From a virus: a stretch of 28,978 nucleotides of DNA. Made by a program: the position numbers and the translations under genes. Under the pieces are notes generated by a model that was given only the letters and a program-made list of their open reading frames with translations, did not search any database and was not told the origin of the DNA. This document shows, piece by piece, positions 18,201 through 27,200 of this stretch. The first letter of the stretch is position 1, and each line of letters opens with the position of its first letter. The stretch spans positions 66,356-95,333 of the IMG/VR virus record IMGVR_UViG_3300039208_000165; one strand, written 5' to 3'.

Positions 18201-21200
18201 CAGAGGTGGCCAACTCCTCATTCAAAGTTGTGAGGAAGTCCTGGGCCTTCTTCCTAGTCCCCTCGTCAAGGTTAGGATCGAGGGCGGCCCCAGCCAAAAC
18301 CTCCCTTACCTGATTAGCCTGGCTCTGAATCTGACGAAGGGCTGCAATCTCAACATCTTGCTTTTCCTTGATCTTAGCAGCCTTCTCCTCCTGATCCAGA
18401 TCTGCGAGGGCCTGATCCCGCGCACGCATGTCTGACAAGGACATGGGTCTGTTGCGCCCCTGCTGCTCAAGCTCTCTTCTTCTGTTCTCAAAATCAGTTC
18501 TACCTCCCGGCTGTCCAACAATAGCATGGACGCCATCAATGGCAGACTTGATCTTAGTGCTCTCTCCTAAGAGAGCAGCCTTCTCCATATCCAAGGAGAT
18601 ATCTTCAAGGCTCTTTGCGAAAGTCTCAGTAGCTACTGCGATTCGGAAACTTTCCTTAGCTGCCAATTCTCTATTGGCCTGCTCAAGAGAGGCAATGGTG
18701 GCCTTCTTAGCCTCACCGTACTTCTTCTCAAGTTCTTGCTGCTTCTTAGCAATGGTAGCGTTGTATTCGGCGATATTAGTATTCTTCTGCTCTATTTCAG
18801 CAGCCCGGGCGGCTGCTTCAAAATCACCACTGGAGGTTCTAGAAATCATCTCAGCAGACATCTGCTCCAGAAGGCCGGCAGACTCAGAGAATGTTTCTTC
18901 TAGGGCAGCTTGTAGATCTCGGTGAACATCGGCGGCACGGGTATAACCCTTCTTATCTCCACCAAATCCCATGAAGCCGCCTTCTCCAACAGATGCGGTG
19001 CCTGTACCACCACCATGTTCGATCTTAGAAAGCTTAGCGTAGGCATTCATCATTTCTGCAATTCTCTGATGGGGATTCCCGTCACCTACAGCCTCGAAAG
19101 CACCGTCCTTACCGGTAGGCCGGATCTTAAGAACTTCTCTAAGAACATCTCGCAATTGGGCCCCACCAGCTACTTGGGAGAAAGCCTTGGTCTGCTCCTG
19201 ATAGCTGTGGCCGGCCATAATCTTAGCTCTTTCGTTAGGATCTGCCGTTGCGGAGAGTTCGGCGATGACCCCCAACTTCTCCAACATCTGCTCTTGTAGA
19301 CTAGTCTGACCTTCGAGAATACTTTGAACCTCACCAGTCTCGGTTTCCAGGGAGCGGATCATCTCAAGCTCTCCCGGAGTAGCTCCCTTCATAGCAGCAT
19401 CTACCATCCGCTCCTTCTGCTGAGCGGTCATAGACTCACCTGCTTCCTTCATGTCCTCGGAGGCATCCTGGAAGGCTGCCATTTGCTTCTCAATTTCGTT
19501 AAGAAGTTCTACATCCGCCCCTCTTTGCCTTTCGGTGGAAGCCACGTTACGCATAAACTGGGCAACTCCAGGCACGTCCCGGGCCAATCTCTCTTGGGAA
19601 GTCAACTCCTTGAGACCCTTTCCTAGATCCAGGTTAGGGAGTTCTCCCATACCCGCCAAAGCTCCAGACGTGGTCTTTAGATACTTAGATCTATTCTCCT
19701 CAGCACGGGCGGCGTCCCGTGCAGCCTCCGCAGACTGCTCCAATGTAATGGCCAGCTGCTCCTGCATCTTCTGATAGTTACCCATAACCGTAAGCAGGAA
19801 ACCCTCCTGCTGCAGCTTAGAAGCCAAAACAAGAATCTCCTGAGTCATTACCTTCAGCGCCTGTCCGGACTTAGCCTGTCGGGTGTAAGCTCCCTGAACA
19901 TCTGACAGGATTTCCTCACTATACTCCTTAGTAAGAGCATTGAACTCCGCCTGGACATTAGCCAGCTTCTGCATCTCCACAGGCATAGACTTCAAAACTC
20001 TCTGGTCCACAGTAAGCTCTTCATTTCTGGCAGGTCCTAGATTAGGCATACCGCCCGCAGGGACTCTAACTCCAGCGAGAGCGCCAGTGAACTGCATGGA
20101 CAGGACCTTCTTGGTGTTGTCTGCGGCCGCCTCTACCTCTTTCTGAGCGTAACGCATGAAGTGTGTAGCAACATTACCGCTCTGGCTTTCTAGACCTGCG
20201 ATTGTTGCCTGAACCGCATTACCGGAAAGGGTCTCCATACTCTGGGTAGTGGAGTCCCAGTAACGATACATAACTTGACCAGTTACCCGATCAAAATCGG
20301 CCCACATAGTTCGGGTACCTACAGCCAAAGCCTCCCCAGCTTCCTTGGACAGAATAGCAATCTCATTCCTACTTACTCCAGAAGTTACAGCACCAGCACC
20401 TCCCTCACCAAGGATGCCCCTTTCGTGGAAAGCTGCTGCGGTTAGCGATGCGCTCTGGGCAGCCTTGTAATCAATAATTCCTCCCTGCCCCGCCTGTCTC
20501 GCCATGAACTGGGTAATTACAGATTCACCCGTGCTTCCTCTACCAAAACCTCCGGCAGCGGCTGCGCCTGATAGGTTCTGGAAAAGCTCCGGGGTAATTC
20601 TCTCTCCAGCCATACCCATGTCTTCGAACGTAGGCATAGATTCTAGAATACGCCTCATGTTCTCCGCAGTACCCAAGGTCTGCTGCCTTAGTTCCTGCTC
20701 TTCTCTAACCAGGCGATTCATCTTATCCTGATTTACTAGAGTGTACTCTCCCGTGGACTCCTGCTTTCGCATCTCCTCGGCTACCTTCTGAATTTCCTTA
20801 CGGACATCCGCCAACTTGCCTAGAGGACTAGCAGCGTCGTAGCCTCCAGATTCTCCTAGATTAAACGCACCGCCAGTAATAGCATCACCAAAGTCTAAAA
20901 AGCCCTGAGCGATGTTATCAATAATTCCTTCCGGAGTTTCCAACTCCTTAGCAAATTCGGAAATTACATCGGTCTTCATAGCCATGGTGATGGCATTTCT
21001 AGCGTCTAAAGCCGAAGCAGTTAATGCCTGGAAATTCTTATCAACCCCAGTCACGTAATCTCCAGTTTCAGTAATGCCTCTTACACTACTCGGATCCAAA
21101 GCTGCCATGCTGTTAGACACCTCAGAGAGCATATCGGAGTAAGTCTGAGCTGCCTTCGCCGCGCTCTTAAATCTACCCTCGCGGAGAGCAGACTGGAGCT

Positions 21201-24200
21201 TAGCGTTGTCAGACATACCCTCGGCAGCCTTAGTGACCTTAACATAAGACAGGGCCAGTCGGTCCGCGGTACTAATCTGGGCACGGAGCCTAGAAGCTGT
21301 GTCTTCGCTCTGACCGATGGCCTTCTCTTGCTCTTGTTCGAAGTCAGCGGCTGACTTGGTGACCTGTCTATAAGCATAGTAAAGACCGCCCAAGGTGGCC
21401 ACAATTCCAGCCAGGACGACACCTCCCGCCGCAGCTCCTCCCAGAGCGAGTGCGGTTCCTAGCTTGGTGACGGCTGCGCCGACGACCGGGATAACACTAC
21501 CCAGCTGCATCAGAGCGACACCTCCCTTCTGGCCAAGACCAATCAAACCCTTCTTGGCATAGAAAGCAGCCTTGCCCATCCGGGTAAGCTCAGCAGCATC
21601 TGCTCCCATATCGAGAGCACTGGCAGCGGACCATCCCGAAGAAATTCCAGAAGCGGATGCTCCGATCTTGCGCATGATTCCACCGCGTCCGCCGTCAGGA
21701 AGATCAACCTCTCCTGTAGAGAAAGCGTCCATGCTATCGGCAAGGAGGTCAGAAGTCTTGTGGATTGCCAATCCCATACCAGCAATGGCTGTAGTAGCTG
21801 TCAAAATTCCCGAAGGTAGGGAACTTACTGCCTTAGTCATTCCTGTCATGAGCTGAATCAATCCAGTACCAACTGGGAGCAAGGTCTTACCCAATTCAAT
21901 TGCCAGTCCCTTTACACTCTCCCTGAGAACAGACATATTCTTAGAGAAAGTCTGCATCGCCAATCGGTTCTTACGCATAGCAAAGCCCTGCGAGTTAGCA
22001 GCGTCAGCGCTAGCCAGCAGGGCTTCGTCGAAGTTGTTCATCAAAACAATGAACGAGTTATAATGTCTGATTCCCGCCATAGCCTGGGCGAGATTAACTT
22101 GCTGGGCCCGGGTCATACCGTCCCAGCCCGCAGCAACCTGCTTGAGAATATCTAGAGAACTTCTGAAGTCGCCTCCAGGGGTCATACTCTGAATGCCCAT
22201 CTCACCAAGAGCCTTCTGCGCAGTAGGTCTTCTCATTGCGCGGAACATAAACTTGGTACTTGTAGCAATTTCCTTACCAGTCTGTCGAGTAACAGCACCG
22301 ATCGCAGTTACGATGCCCATGAAGTCTTCGAAACCAACTCCAGCAACTTGGGCTGCCGCACCGGATCTCTTAACAGCGTCCGCTAGATCTTCCGCAGTAA
22401 TAGCGTGTCTAGCTGCGACAGCTGCCCAAGCATCCACGAACTCGGTGGAAGTGGACACCTGATCCCCGAAAACCTTATGTGCTGCTGTGAGAGCTTCTGT
22501 AGCATTCACAGAGGACATAGTGGTGACATTAACAGCAAGCATGGTAGCGCGAGTACGCTCCATGATCTTGCCCATCTTCAAACCCTGCTGACCATAGACA
22601 ACCATACCATCAAGGACATCTTCGATTGCGACACCAAATTCCTTAGCAAAGCCAACCGCACCGTCTTGCATCCTGGCAAAGTTGGTGACGGAAGTATCCA
22701 TAACCTTCTTGAGACCGGTGATCTTATCCTCAACTGTGGTGATCGTATCAGCGGCCTGTCGGAACGCTCTAATGGTACCATAGACCACACCGGTAGCAAA
22801 TCCCCACTGGACAACTCTTCGAAGCGCGGAACGCATAGTTCCGGTCATTCTCTGGTTCGCTGTGGTGATATCATTCAAAGCTGCGGTGACAGTCTTTCCA
22901 GTCTTGGTACCTTCCAGTCTGAACTTCTTAAGGACCTGTTGGGACTTAGGATCAATGATATCAATAGTACCGCCCTGGAGATGCTTACCTGGGATATCAA
23001 ATCCTGCTGCTAGGATGTCATTCATCTCCTGCTGCCACTGCAGAGCCCGCTTCTTAGCGTTCTCCATCTGCTCTTCGACAGCCTCAGCGAGCCCCTTACC
23101 TCGGGTTCCTGCCTTCTGCAGAACCTTACTCGAACCCATAGCCTCTGCTAGATCGGACCCTGAACGAACTCCCAACCTCTCTAGCTCCTTCGCTGCGTCT
23201 CTTGCGTTCTTAGCGATCGCTTCGAAGGATTTCTCTGCCTCACCACCAACTTCAAACTTAGCAAGCTTCTTAAACTCCGCCATGATCTCGGCGATTCGGG
23301 CCATATTATCAGCCATGATTCTAGGATCTTGTACCAACTCGTCCCAGATCTCAGCCCATGCTTGGGTAGAATCCATACCGGCCTTGATCTCATCCTTAAT
23401 CCTATCAAGGCTCTGACCCATAGGCTTGAAGTCTTCACTCTGTCGGGTCTGACGTTCAATAACCGCCTTATACTGTTCCTCTCCGGGCTTAATACCGAGA
23501 GTACCAGCAGCGTCCGTCATGCCCCCACCGCGAGTAGCAGCAATACCAGACATGGCACCTGCACCGGGCAAGCGCAGTCTGCTCAGCACAGCATTGATCT
23601 GAACCATAGCGTTATCGAACTCTTCGACTACGTCTGCAAACTCGGTGGTGTCCTGCTGTCCAGCATTTCTAAGAGCAGCGATTGCGTTCTGGAGCTTTCG
23701 GGCACGGTTAATATACATCTGAAGCTCGTGAGCCTGGAACTCCTGAACCGCTCGGGTGTACTCCTGGAATCCCTTCCTACCAGCACCCTGCTCGCCGGAA
23801 GACTTAATAGCCTCTCGGTAGATCTTAGCTTCATTGTGGAAAGTATCTCGCAATCTGGCCAAAGACTCCGGATCCAGATCCTGAGACATCTGCTTGAGAA
23901 CATCCCGCATGGCGGCGACACTGTCCCCAAACTGACCCTCAAAGTCAAACTTAAGAGCCCCAGCAGTTACTAGCTTACCTCCCTTGGTCTCTCCGTGCGC
24001 CAATCCTCTCTCGGTACGACCCTCCTTGAGAGCCCTCTGAGAAAGATTCAAAGCCTCTGTCTTCTGGACAAAGTCCTGGTAACCAGGCCACTGGATATCC
24101 CCGATGCGGGACTCTGCCTCGCCTCTGACCTGGCTAGCAGAAGAAGAACCCTGATTCCGAATAGCCTCAATGTAAGCTTCAACAATACCTGTATTGATAC

Positions 24201-27200
24201 CGGCGATAGAATCCTGGATAGGATCAATCATATCCGGAAGCGCTTGTCGCATCCGGTTCAGTTCCTTGTGAATAGCAGAACCGACAGCTGCGGGAAGAGG
24301 ACCAAAGATCTCCTGCCATCTCTCCGGGCTAGCCAGGTGAGCCATCATTTCCTCGGCTACAAGGTTAAAGTACTTTCTGCCCTGCTTAGGAGCAGCCTGT
24401 CCCGCAGTCATACCTGCGTATTCCGGCATGCCTGTTACAGCAGCGGAAGGGTCCATGCTTCTAAGCTTCTCAAACTTACTGTGCTCAATCTTTACATTCT
24501 GTAGCTGGTTAGCCAGCTGCATGATCTGATTTCTAGCTCGACCCATTGGTCCTTCAGCACCTAGAAGAGCATCTGAGATGTTATCTACAGAGTCTCGGAA
24601 CTGTCTAGAACCCTGATGAATTCTCTCGTGGGCAACAGTCTGACCTAGGTTAGCCAGGGCCTTGGTAATAAATCCAATCAGCTTAGGAGTGGCCTGAAGC
24701 TCACCACTCTCCAATCGCTTAAGGGCTTCTACTGCCGCCTCGGCTGGTCGCTGACGGGTAGACTCGGAAACCATAATAGCTCCCGGACCTCCCATCCTGT
24801 CATCAAATAGTCCAGTTACTCGCTTAGGATCAAGCCCTTCGGCACGAAGAAGATCATCTTCGATTACTCCGTACATCTCCTGCAGAGCGTTTAGCCACGC
24901 CTCTACCTTGGAGGATAGGGTCTGACCTGCGGCCTTAATTCCGTCAGGCTCAACCTCAAGCTTGGTGATCTTACCGGCCATCTCTCCCATGGTAGCTCTG
25001 AGAATATCAGCGGCCTGCTCCATCGGGTCCTTAGCACGCAGACCCTCAGCATGCCTCTTGCGCGTAAACCTATAGGACTCAGGTACCAGATCATCCAGAT
25101 TGATACCCGGGATCTTACCCTTCTCATCAGGCTTAAGCATTTGCTTAATAGAGTGCTCCGCAGTAGTAGCGGTAGCTCCACCCTTCATAAGGGCGTCCTT
25201 CATGTTAGATCGAAGCTTCTCCCACATAAGCATGATCTGGCTCTTAAGATCCATGCTGTCGACGAGCTGATCAATGACAGAGTTGAAGTTAGAAGAATCG
25301 ATCTCAGCACCCTCAGCGAGGATGCCTCTCTTAATGGCCTCTTCCAAAAGCTTGCCGGGACTCTGCGCAACTAGCTGCTGTTCAATCTGCTTACGATACT
25401 TATCATTGAGCTTACCCATATCTCCGTAGAGACCACCACCGCCAGCATCCATTCCAGCAAAGATCTTAGAGGTCTGTCCTCTTCTAAGATCCTCCACGAA
25501 CTCTGTAGGACCAGAGAGATCACCAGTACCGTGCTTGGCTGCCAAAGACTTGTTGATGTTAAGCATCGTGTGGTCCATGGCAGTAGCGAAAGCGTCGTCA
25601 GTCTTACCAGCCCCGCTCACAATAGCGCTATGGAGAATGTTAAATGCATCAGACAGAAGACCGACCGAAAGCTTACCACCGACCAACGCACTGGCCTCTA
25701 GACGGGCAGTGTTCTCGTCCACCGGCATTGGGAGAGCACGCTTAAGCTCATCAGGTCTCTTCACGGTGGCACGGAATGCCTCCTGAATACCCTCCAAGCT
25801 TTCGAAGTCCCAATCCTTACCGCCCTCCAAGCTACCAAGCAGAGTCCTCATAGCTCCCTGCAGAGAGGTACCGCCCGCGGACATGATTTCCTTAACGGTC
25901 ATCATCTCATTGGCAGCGTCCTTAGTCAGAGCAGCGTGAACTGTGGTGGAGTCCCCATCGAAGTCCAGGTTCATCATCGCCTTGTCGAAGGAATGGGTCA
26001 AGCCTGCAAGAACCTTGTTCAGTTCGGAAATCCTGGCGCGTGCTGCCTCAGCAGCGTCACCCTGACCGTCATTGGCTCTAACAGTCTTCATGAGGCTAGC
26101 GCGCAGTTCCTCTAGAGGAGCCCTTACCTTCTGAATATCCTCGGTAGAAGAGGTAGCAAATGCTCCAGGAATACCAATCTGACCCTCGGGCAACCTACCC
26201 ATAGTATCTTCCAGCAACTTAACAATCTGGAAACTTGCACCACCCGTAGTGGGGTAACGGTGCATAATACCACGAGAGAGCTGACCCTTAGCTTCTTCCT
26301 GAGAAAGAGTCTTGCCCTTCTCCTTAGCCAATCTCTGGGTCATCCGGACCATGTTGGCATAATCTTCCTTGCTAAGCAATACCGCATCCTGGGGAAGCGC
26401 GTCATCACTTACTTGTAGACTCTTGATTCTTTCTAGAGCAGACAGTGTACCCTTAACGTCCTTACCCGCTGCGGCCATAGACTTGAGGCTATCTTCAACG
26501 AACTTAAGCTCAGTGCTAACGTCTACAGCAAACTCTACAGCCTTGGTGTACGGGGCTGGGGAAATACCAGAACCTCTAGTCTGGGCAACCTTACGCATCT
26601 CTTCCCTAGAAGGTCTACCACTCTCCTTGCCGTAACCCATAGCAGTATACATACCCAGAAGCTGTTCCTTCAGCTTCTCGAATCTAGACCACAGCTTATC
26701 CATGTGCTGAGCATCTTCTCCGGCGCTCTTGCCCATGCGATCCATTGCTTCCTTGAGAAGTTCAATGTTGTTTACATCGAACAGGGCACCAGCACCACCG
26801 ATAGACTGCCCCTGAGAAGATCTAATTCCCAGGAGGTCTCTCATCTTATTGATCTGCTGTACGGGACCCTTACTGGCCGCTACATACTCGTCCGGGGTCA
26901 TCTTAGAGTGGTCTTTAATACGACCACTCTTAGTTGTGAATCTGGTATTCTCAGCCATCAACCCCATCTGCGTCATCTTGTTAATCAGAGGCATAAAGGT
27001 CTGCTTGAAAGTAGCGATAAGCTCCTTAGTCTCTGACTTGGTTTCCGCACCGCCCTTCATGGATCGGGTAATAGCTTGGATCTGATTCTGCATCTGACGA
27101 TTCACAAACTCAGCAATCTCTCCAGCCGTCTCTCTGCTGGTACCGGGATCTAGGTCTCCTCTAGAAGCCTTAATCTGTACAGCCTGACGTCGTAGCTTCT

